Source: Guillardia theta CCMP2712 (lineage: Eukaryota > Protista > Cryptophyta). Taken from it: 64,000 bases of DNA. The position numbers were made by a program, and so were the translations under genes. The notes under the pieces are model-generated. The model worked only from the letters and a program-made list of their open reading frames with translations. It ran no database searches and was not told where the DNA came from. Location: contig NW_005434667.1 in the NCBI RefSeq assembly GCF_000315625.1, positions 673,061 through 737,060 of the forward strand, written 5' to 3'. This document shows, one piece after another, positions 36,374 through 49,027 of this stretch. Within the stretch, counting starts at the first letter, position 1. Each line of letters begins with the position of its first letter.

Positions 36374-38416
36374 AAGTTTGAATCGTGCCTGATTCACTTG
36401 GTGAGCTTGCTTCGAACAGGTGCCTTCTTCTAATGGCGAAAGCACAACCTACATCCCTTCGTGAATTAATCTCAACAAACTCTACAGCCTTCGTTTTTCC
36501 ATTGTAAAATCCTTTCTAGAGAATGTCAGACGCGAACATGTGATATATTGGATTCATAAAGAATTAGTTGTCAAAATTCTAGTTGGCCATCAATTCCAAA
36601 AATCAAAGGCGACGTGAGTGAAGGCATCAAGATATCTATTCAGTGATTTCCTGTACACCTTGATGGCCCTGCCATTCGGATGGTCGACCAGCCTGAGCAA
36701 CCTCAGAAGAAGAATGAGAATGAGTCGCTCAACCTGCCAACATGCTTGCTCGTCGATGTCATGATCATGCTCCTGGAGGCAGAATCACCACCTCACTCCC
36801 TCTTCGCAGTTTGTATCAATCACTGGTATCTGTTCAAACAGTCCAAGACTGGACAATTTCTTGATCCTTCAGCAAACTCAGGGGTGTTAGCTTGACAGTA
36901 GGGGAGACTCACGAGCTTTTCGTTGAGTTGCTCAGAGAAAATTCAAGGTCACCGACGCCCTCGCTGAACAGGATCAATCAGAACGACAGCCATCACCAGC
37001 AAGTCATCACCGCTGACGATCGGGAGCATCTAAGGAAGCGTCACTCATCTCATCATGGATCAACAAGAGGTGCTCACTTGCTCCCTCAAGCACGCTCAGG
37101 TCTTCATGGCTGTGTCTCCACTTGGACAGAGCTTCCATCCTCGCCAGCGCAGACTCTGTACAAGGTCGTCAAGTTCAACTCCTGATCAGTGTGCAATGGT
37201 GTATCGGGTTACCGGAGTCTACACCAGGCATAGTGTCGAAGATTGCTCGCAGAAACCCAGGGTCCCTCATAACATCTGTGTACTGGTGCCTGGGCCTTCA
37301 AGTCAGAACTCAACTAGATGAGGGCTGGTTACTACCTCTCCATGGCTATTGTCTGCTCAAAAAGAGTTTCTTCGGCCTTGGTAACGATCAGAGCATTCGA
37401 AATTTGAGACTTGAAACTTCACCGCCGAGAAGAAACCGGAAACGGCCGCACTAGTCTTCCGCGCAAGGTTCAAAATCCCTCGATCTGAGGGATTGAGATC
37501 AGCATGTCAGTAGCAGGGGCAGCATCATGCTACCTCCAATCCTGAACAAAACCTTGGAGGTCAAGACCAACAACTGGGAGGCAGCCGTGAACAGCAACAC
37601 CTATGAGACCATCATGAGCAGGGAGAAAACATGTTGGTATGAAGAGACCGGGAGCCAGAGGATCGAAGTGAATGTTAGCAGGAGGAAGCAGCCCGAAACA
37701 AAGCTAACAACCACTAGAGCGAGAGCGGTGCAGCCCCACAGGCTTTGCAGCCTAGGAACACCCGTCACGTCAGCAGACGTTGGGAAGCAAGTCGAACAAG
37801 ATGAGAGAGAAAACTTACAAGGATTGACGTAAGCGCGATACAAGATCTGCTATCGATGCCTGCACACAGAAGATGAATTGAGACTGAGGCAAACTCACCA
37901 TGACATCACCAGGAGCCTCGTGTACGGGTCGAGAGAGGAGCCAGGAAGGACAAAGCTGCTCATTGCCGCCCATGTCCTCACCCCATCGCCTTCATCAGCT
38001 GCTTCATCCCATCGCTCGTATCACCTGCATCATTGTCTTCGTCATCCATCATCCAACATGTCTTGTCCACCTCATCCTATCCACTTCATGAAACAACTAT
38101 CATCTCATCGTTACGCCTATGATGTCCCGCAAGCACTGTCCCTCTTCATCCTCACTTCATCCTGCCCAAACTGCTCTTGCGATCCTGTCCTGTGACTTTC
38201 TTCACGATCCCATCTCTCCCTGCTCCGCCCTCGTAAGGGAAACTCCCTACTGAGCACTTCTCAGTTAGGAGTTTCCCTATCAACGTGCCGGATCGCCGGG
38301 CCCCGGGCCTGGACCGTACGGTCGTTGAAGTTCCGAGTTCGATCGGTGGCCACTGAGCGGCTAGACTGGCACCACCAAACAGTGTCGTGTGAAACGCTGC
38401 GAGCTGCTCCTTGAGC

Positions 38417-38590
38417 TGTTGGGTGGACAACCACTAGATTGTTGGGTGGACAACCACGACATTGCCAAGTTGGGTGGACAAACACTGCTAGTAGATTGTT
38501 GGGTGGACAACCACTATATTGTTAACCACTAGATTGTTGGGTGGACAACCACTAGATTGTTGGGTGGACAACCGTACCACTAGATTGTCA
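38417..38590. repeat. 23-bp minisatellite (TAGATTGTTGGGTGGACAACCAC), ~6 degenerate copies
   Basis: Directly visible tandem copies. Confidence 0.9.
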
Positions 38591-38712
38591 GGCAGGGAGG
38601 AGGTGATAATGTGGCAGCGATAATTTGGCAGCCTGCTCACTGCATAAAGCAGGGCCCAGCAGATCTAACACCGTGAGCCTCAGTTGTAAGAAGAGAGCTT
38701 GTACGAACTGAA

Positions 38713-41107
38713 TCAGTCTTCACCCCCGTCAAGGCTACCCTCCTCTTGCTCCTCCCCGCTCTCTCCGGCTCCAGCGGAGGAGCTTCGAGCACTGATTTGA
38801 CTTGGAGGACGGGAATCTTCCTGCACGTCGGCCTGGCTTGGCAAGGGCTCACTAACCAACATGTCCTGGTCCTCGCCCTCCTCGTTCTTCTTGACGTTCT
38901 TGTCAACTGCAGCTGGGGTCTCCTCCACAGTCTCCACTGCCATGGCCATTTTCTTCCGCAGAAATCTCTGATCTATCTGCATCAACCTTCTCTTCTTCTG
39001 GTTCCAGTCAGGGGGAGGAAGAATCAGCCCCAGCTCGGTCTCGACATCAATAAGGAGCTGTTTGAGCGCAATAGTGTTCTTGACAGAGTAGTCCCCGAAG
39101 CCGTATCGATCGAGCGCATCGATAAGGTCGTCCTTATTCATCGCATTGATCTTCTTCCTCCTCAGCAAGGAGCTCGTCTGCGACGTGGCGCCGCTCTGCT
39201 CAATCCCCAGCGCTGCCTTTTCCTTGGGGGAGAGGTCTGAAAGCAGCCGCATCCCTTCCTCTGCATGGCTCTCCAACTGCGGAGGCTTGACGTCCTCTCC
39301 CACCATGAACTGAGCATATTTCTCCTTGTCCCGCAGATACGGGGGCAGCTGCTCATACCTTGTTTTGGTGGCGATTCCGACGGGATACTCAGTCTGATTG
39401 AAGTCGAAGGGTCTCAAAAGGCCCGAGGAGCACAAGAACATCTTCTTCATCTCCTCCGCCAGCTTCTGCGGCTCAGTCTGGGCCCTACTGTGGAAGTTCC
39501 TTAGGGCCTTGGACCAGTGGGGGGGCAGGGTCTGCTCAGATCTTTTCGACTTCTCCTTCAAGATAAAGTTGTTATATATCCCTTCCGCCATGTCCTCGAT
39601 GTCCATGGTCTCCCTGTCATTGGCAAGGATCCTGGAGTCCAGCCCTTTGATTCCCAGCTTCACAATCTGATCGCTCTCGTTCTTCAACCAACCCCGTTCT
39701 GGGTCATACATAAATCCGTAATCGTGACAGCACTGGAGCTCGTGCTCGATAGCTTCTGCGCACCTTCCAAACTCCGATTCACAGAACCAGCAAACCCAAG
39801 GCGTGGGGTTATCAGTCCCTGGCCCCCAGGGCAGCTCGTTGACAATGGTGTGATTCCCGACTCCGACGACGCATCGCTGGGTCTTGTTGAAGTTCAAGTT
39901 AGGAATTCCCCTATCCGAACGTTCCTCCTCCTCCTTCTGGTCTTCCAATTCCTCCTTGAGATTTTCTTGCTGGATGGCCTCGTGCAGTTTCATCAGCTGC
40001 TCCATTTCCCTCGGGCAAGTCTTGAGGTACTCGAGATCGTCCTGCGCCAGTCGCTCAGCTTCGTCGAAGCCTTTGTCTTTGACTCGAGAGAAGAAACTAT
40101 AGCACGCAGGTCTTCCTGCGATTATCGCGAGGCTGAAAGCACTGTCCCTCTCGTCGTCTTCCTTGTAGATCATCTTCACGTGCTCGGATGGTTTGATACC
40201 GTTGGGATGTTTGAACATAGCGATGATCACCGCAAGATGCCCAAAGAAAGCTGCCCAATGTAACGGCGTCCTCTTATACTCATCAACGGCATAACAATCC
40301 AGGTTCAGGTCAAGAAGCAGCTCCACCACTTCAGTGTGGCCCTGGCAAGCGGCTTCGTGAAGCAAAGTCATCTCATTTGCTGCACAAACCAACAGAAATG
40401 TCACAAAGAGCGAAAGTTTGTTGCAAGGCTCTTAATCACTAACCATCGCGCTGGTGAACGTTGGCTCCCAGCTGAATCAGCTTTGCAATGAAGTCTTGGT
40501 GACCATCCTCCACGTACCTGCACAGCAGGTAGTCGAGCTGAGCTTGATGCCCTCTCGCTTGATCGCAGTGATAGGCAAGGAGAGAAAGTCCAGGGAACGC
40601 TGTTTCATTGATCCCCGACCTCATCGCTGTGGTGACATTAATCCTCCTCCCCGTCAGGTCCTTGTACAGGAGCATCGTCCTCGTCGTCAGGTGGATCTTC
40701 CCTCGCAGTGGGCACGTGGCACAGTAAGGGGGCTCGCATCCACAGCGCGAGATCACGTCCTCCCTCGTGTCTCCCGGACGCCCGAAGCGCTTCAACGCCA
40801 TGTTCACCTTGGCGCAACTGGACATACCAGAAATGGCGTAGGTAGGAAATACACCCTGCTGCCACTTGTCTGCTGTGCGATTGTACACGAGATAATCCGG
40901 CGGGTGCTCTACCCGGTACCTCCTCAGGGGCCTCGTTAGCTGGACCAAGTCGTCGTCAGAGAGATACTCTTGCTCCTCCCTGGCTCCTCCGCGCAGGCAC
41001 AGGCCTCGACATCGCGCATGAGGATGCTGGTGTGAGTGAGGATCCGTCGATCCGCCCCATGGGAGAGCCCTGACGAGCAGCAGGACGAGGATTGAAACTC
41101 GAGACAT
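38713..41107 (-). CDS. Signal peptide + LCLRGG presequence; ankyrin repeats, C2HC Zn finger and SAP/HeH-like motif
   Basis: MSRVSILVLLLVRALPWG; NEMTLLHEAACQGH, YKRTPLHWAAFFGH; WVCWFCESEFGRCAEAIEHELQC; INAMNKDDLIDALDRYG; intron near 40440-40385. Confidence 0.75.
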
Positions 41108-41164
41108 GGGATCACTTCGCTGAGTCCAATTGCCCTTAAGCTACACCCTCTTTGAGGCCATCAC

Positions 41165-41290
41165 TCTCCCTCTCCCCTCTCCCCTCTCCCCTCTCCCCTC
41201 TCCCCTCTCCCCTCTCCCCTCTCCTGCCTCCTGCCTCCTGCCTCCTGCCTCCTGCCTCCTGCCTCCTGCCTCCTGCCTCCTGCCTCCCTC
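41165..41290. repeat. (CCCCTCT)n and (CCTCCTG)n heptamer microsatellites
   Basis: Tandem units in divergent intergenic region. Confidence 0.9.
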
Positions 41291-41457
41291 TCTTCTTCTC
41301 TCGCCCTCCTCCCTCTCTCTCCTCTTCTCTCGCCCTCTCCATCGCCCTCTCCGCCGCTCTCGCAAAGGGACGCTTTGATGTACTTGCTGGGGCAGCGTTG
41401 GTCTCTTATACTCCCCTGCCCTTTTCGGCGGGCAGCAGCCGCGGCCCCCGATATTCC

Positions 41458-43839
41458 ATGGCGGTAGGCAGGAGAGAGGTGGGGGGCGCTAGGAGGAAGC
41501 AATGGCAAACTGTAGCCGCAGCTCTCTTTCTCCTCTTCATGTCTGATAGCGCCTTCTGCTTCACCATTCCTGCTCTGTGGAGCCCGGGTATCGCCCGATG
41601 CAGAGCAGGGCGGGAAGGTCCAGCAGGGCCGTACTTGCGGAGGACTGCTCCCCTCTGCGCAGTAGCAAGTGAGGATGGGAGCGATCTCATGGGCGAGATA
41701 AAGATGATTCTTGATTCGAAGAAGCCATCCATGATCTCGTCCTCGTTGGGGGCCCTGCCGACGCTCGGCGAGCAGGAGCGAGAGGAGGTGCTGAGCTTCT
41801 TGTTGAAGAGCCTTCTACGCAAGAGAGAGACGACTCTGGCGGTCGACACGATCAAGTTCTGCTCAGAGAACAATATAGACGTTCCTACAGAAAGCTTGAC
41901 TGGCGTTCTCAAGTCCTACATCAGAACTCAGGGTACAAGGGCAGAGGGCATGGATACGCTTTTGTCCCTGTGGGATGAGAAGGGCGTGGAGGATGCCGCA
42001 AGAGCTGAGATATCGGCAAGCCAGGTGCTGGCATGCCTGGCTAGAGGAGAGCTCAAGGACGCAAAGACATATCTGCAGCAGCTTCATGGCGGGCAAGGGT
42101 CTGCCCTGGGGCTTGAGACCTACAACCGCATCATGAAGGCCTTCGGGAGATGCACGTCGATCGATGGGGTGCTGGAGACTTTCAGGATCATGCAGGAGCA
42201 CAAGGTCGAGCTGGATGCTGAATCCTTTGAGATCATCAGCAACGTCGCTGTTCGGCAGGTCAGATCCTCCTCTTCCCTCTGCCTCCTACCATGCTGCTCT
42301 GTTAAAATCTCCCCCTATCATCCTCATCGACCACCCGTGTCGTTTCTTCTTCTCACACGCAGCAGGTTGAGTTTGTCAAGGGTGCAGTGAGCATGGAGAC
42401 GCTTCCGCCGGTACCTCTCTGCTTCCTCTTGCATCCTGATTCATCTAGAGACAGGACGAGCTGCCAGAGGCTTGCTTTGCTGGAAGATCTAACGTCGGGA
42501 AATCTTCTTTGGTGAACATGATATGCAACAGGAAGAAATTGGCCTTTACAAGCAAGACTCCTGGAAAGACTCAGGTGCGAGGAGAAAGTTGGGTTGGACA
42601 GGACTTCTCCAAAGCTCAACTCACCTCTTCTCACTCTGCTCTTCGCTTCTTCCCTCCCGTCCCGTCGCCTCCTCTCCCTCCCCCTCTCCCTCTCCCTCTC
42701 CCTCTCCCCCTCTGGCTTCTCCTTTCAGCCCCACACTGCTCATTTCATCTGACTGATTCTCGTGTCATCCTGTACTGACAGCATTTTCCCACAGGAATTC
42801 AACTTCTTCCTGGTCAACGGGGAGAGCAGGGAACCGCACATTCGAAGGCACGGACCTGTCCACCTCTTTGCTAGTCTCAACTCTCTGTTGCTGCTCAGGT
42901 TTCACTTGGTGGACCTGCCCGGTGTGGGGTATGCAGAGGTGAATCTTCGTGACCGAACTCCCCTCCTCCGCTCCCGCCAAAGTTCTGCTCCCAGGTGCCA
43001 AAGGCCAAGAAAGTGGAATGGTTGCGGTTCTACAGGGATTACCTTTCCCACAGAAAGTCTTTGAGGTGCTGTCCCAGCAGCCTGCCTGCTCCGACTTTGC
43101 TCCGATCTGACCAGCCTCCAAGGATTTTCTTCCAGCTCGTCGACGGCCGCCACGGCCCCCTCCAAGACGACGTGGAGCTCATGAAACTGTTTGCTGAGTC
43201 CTCCAGCAAGAATCCGAACCAAGTCGCTCACGCCATCGTAATCACCAAGATGGACAAGACCCTCTCCGCCAAGGTACTCGCGCTCTTCCTCTTGCTTCCT
43301 GCACTCCCTGACTCGGCTGGTCAGGCACAGGAGGGTGTGATGGACAAAGTGAGGAGGACGCTGAGCGAGGCCGGCTGCGACGAGGAGACTCCGGTGTTGC
43401 TCACTAGCTCAGCAAGCAAACTTGGGAGAGGAGACGTGTGGAACTACTTGCAGCTTGCGCTTCAAGATGGGATTGAGGTGCCCTGCATCCTCTACACAAA
43501 GACAAAGTTCGATTGATTGTTTGCTATTAGGAACCGGACCAGGTTGATCCCGAGAAGGTTGCCTCCTCCTGTCCCTCCTCCTCCTCCTGCCCCTCCTCCT
43601 CCTCCTGCCCCTCCTCCTGTCCCTTCTCCTCCTCCTCCTCCTGTCCATTCTCTTCCTCCTCCTCCTCCTGCCCCTTCTCCTCCTACTCCTCCTGTTCCCC
43701 CCTCCTCCTCCTCCTCCGTCTCTTAAAATCACGTTGAGTGCAGCTCGGCAACAAGAAGGGGTCGGAGAAGATCAAGACGGATGAAAAGAATTGGCGCAAC
43801 AAGAAAGCTTTCAAGGGGCTGAAAGACAAAATATTCTAA
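41458..43839 (+). CDS. engB: Plastid-targeted EngB/YihA/YsxC ribosome-biogenesis GTPase with PPR-like N-terminal region
   Basis: Signal [17 protein letters not shown]; G1 [11 protein letters not shown]2 [10 protein letters not shown]3 DLPGVGY, G4 TKMDK, G5 TSS; PPR-like [12 protein letters not shown]. Confidence 0.85.
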
Positions 43840-44608
43840 TCGCCTTGCAACCTCTCTCATTCGATCTCTCAACTCATCTTCCAGAATTCACTTGGCATTC
43901 AACAACCGCCCGGCCATAGGTGACTCAAAACTTCGCAAATAGCTGAGCTGTGAAAACCGTCGGCTTCCGGCTAACTGATCAGTGATGAGTGACTGAGTCT
44001 GCCCGGCCTGGCCGACGGTGACGGCCCTGGCCGCTCCCCGGCAGTGACTTTCGGCAGCCGGGCGGCCCGGTCCGGTCGGGCCCTCAGGGAACTCGGAAAG
44101 AAAGTTCGAGAAAACTTTCAGAAATGCCTTCAGCTAATATGATTTCTTGTTGTCCCACCCCACCTACTGTCTGCCCAACCGTCTCTACACACATCACACG
44201 ACATGTTTTGGTCCGAGAGGTACCAGGAATGATCACCCCCACCCCCAATTTGATGAGTACCCTCCCTTGTGAGCTCCACCGACAGCCTCCAGAATTCTTG
44301 AGATTTGTTGTAGTGGTATGGCAAGGTCGAAAAGGTTCAGTGTACCCCAACATTTGACGTCAAAACTACCCCCTTGAAAGTACCCCTACCCCCTTTTACA
44401 GCGGCATCGCTTGTATCTCCTTCGCATAAGGCGCCCTCATTGTCCACGCACGAGCCCCAGGAGGAGCTGTCGTACTGCTGGAAGTTTGTGCCTCCTCCTC
44501 CCTCGCCCTTGTCGTATCCTAGCTCGCAGGAAGAACAAGGAAGCTCGTCCTAAACTCTGCTCCTCGAACCTCCCTTGGACTCCACACCATCTTTGACAAG
44601 TTAGAGTG

Positions 44609-46287
44609 ATGGGGCCGCCTGCACTAGCAACCTCTACCTTGGCCTTGCTCTCAGTTGGGCTCCTCCTTGTTGCAGACTCGGTGGCGTTCCAGCTTTCCTC
44701 TCCTTCCTGGAAGTCCTTTGGACGAGCGTCTTCCTTCTGCCCGCAAAACCTTCGCTTTGCCCCAAGCTCCTGCTCCTGCAGACGTGCGAGAAACGGCCTT
44801 TTGAGCCTTACAGCAGAAGCAGACTACTACGCTAGACTGGGAGTAAGCAGGGGAGCGTCCGAGGATGAGATCAAGAAAGCTTTCCGTCAGAAAGCCAGAA
44901 AGCTTCATCCTGACGTGAATAAGGCGCCAGACGCCAAGGAACAGTTCCAGAAGGTCTCGGAAGCTTACGACGTACTCTCTGATCCGTCTAAGAAGCAGCT
45001 CTATGATCAGTTCGGTGAGGCTGGTGTGAAGGGAGCAGGAATGGGAGGTGGTGCTGGCTTCTCCGACTTCGGGGACTTCAGCCCCTTCGGAGACATCTTC
45101 GAGACCTTCTTCGGAGGAGGGGAGGGGCAGGACCAGGAAGAGGTCTGGACCGCAGCAAGGCGACGATCTGAGGCTGGATCTCGAGATTGACTTCATGAAG
45201 GCGATCTTCGGAGGTGAAGAGAACATCCGCGTGTCCCACCTTGAGAGCTGCACGACCTGCGAGGTGGGTGAAGGAGGAAGGAGGTAGGGTAAATGTAAAC
45301 CGATGCTGATCATGTGGTAGGGATCGGGCCTGAAGCCCGGGACGAAGCCCAGGACTTGCTCGACTTGCGGAGGATCAGGAGTTGTCACTCAGGTTGCCAG
45401 GACTCCTCTGGGCATGCTGCAGCAGCAGAGCGCATGCCCGCAGTGCAACGGGGAGGGTCAGATCATCGATGAGTACTGCGGGACCTGCTCAGGGAGAGGG
45501 AGGGTGCAGAAGTCGAAGCAGCTCTCTATCACGATTCCTGCTGGGGTGGACACGGGCAGCCGCCTGAGAGTGAGAGGAGAAGGAGATGCCGGACCCAAGG
45601 TAGCGCTCGGGGGGCGGGAGGAGAGGAGGGGATGGTGGAGGAGTGAGGGACGGGGGAGAACAGTAGGTGTATGGAGGAGCTTGGCTGATGCTTGCGGGCA
45701 GGGTGGTCCACCTGGGGACCTATACGTCTTCCTGAACGTGAAACCGAGCAAGGACTTCAAGCGCGAGGGGGCAGACATCTACTCGAATGTGATGGCTGAG
45801 GAGGAGGGAGGACGCAAGGCTGACATTGAGAGCAGGTCAAGATCAGCTACCTCGATGCCATCCTCGGCACGGAGATCAAAGTTCCCACTGTGGATGGAAG
45901 TGTCGACCTGAAGATTGCTGCTGGAACCCAGCCCGAGACTGTGAGCTCTCTTGACCTCGCTCCTCCTTTGCCGCACGCTTGCACTACCACTACCTACTCG
46001 TCCTGTAGCTTCCTCGTCTGTCAGATAGTAGTGGTGTTCTTGCTGATCGTATGGCGGGACCAGGTGATGCGCCTGGAAGGAAAAGGAGCGAACGTGCTCG
46101 GAAAGAAGGGCGTGCGCGGGAACCACTTCGTCACTGTGAAGGTGAGGAGAGGACGTGTGGCAAGTCGGCCAGACATGACAAGGAGCAGGTTGAGATCCCT
46201 ACGTCGCTCTCTAAGGAGGAGAAGGAGCTGCTGGAGAAGCTCAAGTCAGGCTTCAAGTCAGGCAAGGGATTCTTCAGCAGGGTGTGA
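44609..46287 (+). CDS. dnaJ: Plastid-targeted class A DnaJ chaperone
   Basis: Signal + SVA-FQ; J domain with HPD; G/F region with DIFETFFG; CxxCxGxG repeats; [17 protein letters not shown]. Confidence 0.95.
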
Positions 46288-46432
46288 AGCAAGAGGAGGG
46301 GGAGGGTTGCGGAGGACTCGGTCTTGGTTGGATCCTTCATCATTTATTACATCGATTCAGTTTAGGTTTTCAACATACAGGAGAATGATATGGAGGGAAA
46401 AGGGAGGAAAGGGAGAGGAGAGGAAAGGAGGG

Positions 46433-48982
46433 CTATAGCACATGGACAAAAAGGGTATGGGGGCGCATGCCCGCAAACAGCAACACGGTGCAACACAAAA
46501 ATGTCAAGATGCCGAGTCCTGTTGGACGATGAGCTGAACTTGGCCGAGTAGTCGTACACGTTCCCCCGTCTCCTCCGCACGTCCCGCAAACATCGAAAGT
46601 CTACGGAGGAGATGGGAATCAGCTGAACTTCGAGTGAACCTCCTCCTCTAAGTCTGGTCACCTTCCCTGACCAGCAACGTGGAGGCTCCGAGCATCCCAT
46701 GTCGCTGGAGTAGCAGCAGGCGCCTGCAGCGTCTCGCAGAGCTCCGCTGAGGATAGAACAGTCAGCGGTCGCAGGAGGGTAGGAGGAGGACAACAGGAGA
46801 GAAGGGAAAGCGCCGGGGAGAAAGAGGGAGGACTGTAGGAGGGAACAAGAATTTCAAGGGGTGAAGACAGGGAGGATGCAGGCAGGGCGAGGGGGGGGGA
46901 GAGGAGAGGACGAGGGGCAAGGGATCAGAAGGAGGAAGCAGAGTAGCTGACCCATGCGGTGTGCCCTCGCAGTCACAGTGCCCCGTTTCCTTGAGCCCCA
47001 ACCCGCCGCAGACTCCGCACTGATCGATCTGTAGGGTGACAATGAGACGTCATCTTGCTTCCTCCTCCTCCTGCTCCTACTCCTGCTCCTACTCCTGCTC
47101 CTACTCCTACTCCTTTCCTACTCCTCCTCCTCCTCCTCCTCCTACTCCTACTCCTCCTCCTACTCCTGCTCCTACTCCTACTCCTACTCCTACTCCTACT
47201 CCTACTCCTACTCCTACTCCTACTCCTGCTCCTACTCCTACTCCTTTCCTACTCCTCCTCCTCCTCCTCCTCCTACTCCTACTCCTCCTCCTACTCCTAC
47301 TCCTGCTCCTACTCCTACTCCTACTCCTACTCCTACTCCTCCTCCTCCTCCTACTCCTACTCCTGCTCCTGCTCCTGCTCCTACTCCTACTCCTGCTCCT
47401 ACTCCTGCTCCTACTCCTGCTCCTGCTCCTACTCCTACTCCTTTCCTACTCCTACTCCTACTCCTGCTCCTACTCCTACTCCTTTCCTACTCCTGCTCCT
47501 ACTCCTGCTCCTACTCCTGCTCCTACTACTACTCCTGCTCCTACTCCTCCTTTCCTACTCCTGCTCCTACTACTACTCCTTTCCTACTCCTGCTCCTACT
47601 CCTGCTCCTACTACTACTACTCCTGCTCCTGCTCCTGATCCTGATCCTCCTACTCCTACCTTTGCTGGAGGGTCTCGACAGACCCCGTCGCATCCTATCG
47701 CCGATTTTCCGTTGGGGATCCCAAGGCAGTCGCACGTCCCCGTCCCATTGGTGCCGTTTCCTCCGCAGATCCCACACCTGCAAGAATGCCGTTGGAGGGG
47801 AGCAGAGCGGAGGAGAGCGGAGGCGAGGGGACGTGAGGTGAGGTGAGGTGAAATGAGGAGAGCAAAGCAGAGGAGCGGGGAGGAGGAGCGATCAGGAAGG
47901 AGAAAAGAGAGGAAGAGAAGAGAAAATGGCCTACTTGTCGAACTTCTTTGAGTTCACAGCACAGATGCCGTCGCATCCCACGGTCGCTCCGCAAATCCCA
48001 TTGCAGCCAATCTGATTTACCGGGCAGCAGCGCAGGTTCACGTCGAAGATCGGCGGCACGAGAGGACGCGGGTAAAGCTGAGAAACCTCTGTGAGTTATA
48101 CCTCCCCAGCAGGAGCTGGACTCACCTTCCCGTCGCAGCCCAGGCACTGCTGGGGGTCGTTGCGTCCTCCACAAATACCACAGATGTCGAGGACGGTGCT
48201 GCCGTAAGGGACCCCCTTACAATCCAAACAAGAATTGTTGCCGTTGCAGACTCCGCAGCTGGAAGGATACGGTAAGAAACGTCGTGCTACCGCCGCCTCC
48301 GTCCTCCCCTTCTTCTCTGCTCCGCTTCCGTCTTTTGCACTCCCTCCGCTCCCTCTCCTCTTCCTCCTCGGCCTCACCGATCGTATTTGGAAGGCCCGTT
48401 GGGGATGCCGTGACAATCACGGCACGTGCAGTTGTTGCCTCCGCAGACTCCGCACTGCAAGGGAAGCAAGAGTCAAGCCAACGGCAGCTGCTGAGTCAAG
48501 TGGGAGGAACGAACCGCGTCAAGACGTTTGGGTCCGGGAGCTCTCGATCCGTTGACGTAGATGTAGAGGCGCGGTTTGCCGTCACACCCGGTACACCGCT
48601 GAAGGAGGCTCTAAGTTAGGAACGAGGCAGCAGCGATGATGCGAGGACGAGGATGAAGAGACGGGGTAAGAGAAATATCGACAAACAAACTAGTGAACAT
48701 GAGATCAACAAGACTCCTTCATGAGCAGATGGAAGGTCTCTTGTTGATCTCGTTACCTTGTTGTATAGTGAGAGGTTGCCGTAAACAACGCAGTCGCCGC
48801 ACTCGTCGGAAACATATCCACTCTGACATTGCTGAGAGATGTCGCAGGTGATTGACGCGTCTGTAACGCAGACGCCACACTGCAGAGCACAACAAGAAAT
48901 CACTTGCACATTCATCCTGACTGAGTGACTGAGCGAGTGAGTGAGTGAGTGAGTAACTCTGACTGACTGACTGACTGACTGA

Positions 48983-49027
<45 letters not shown>

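Noticed and set aside
38417-38590. CRISPR-like array
   Set aside because: Units are essentially contiguous with no regular unique spacers, the context is eukaryotic, and there are no cas genes
46625-46662. VTRLRGG in ORF 46362-46793 as a fifth LRGG motif
   Set aside because: It lies in a predicted intron (after WSGK|GT) near the 3' end of the giant gene, not in a presequence
47036-47846. Poly-Leu/Pro-Thr ORFs (also 1801-2073, 7813-8161, 11707-12266, 41130-41508)
   Set aside because: Translations of microsatellites in introns or intergenic DNA
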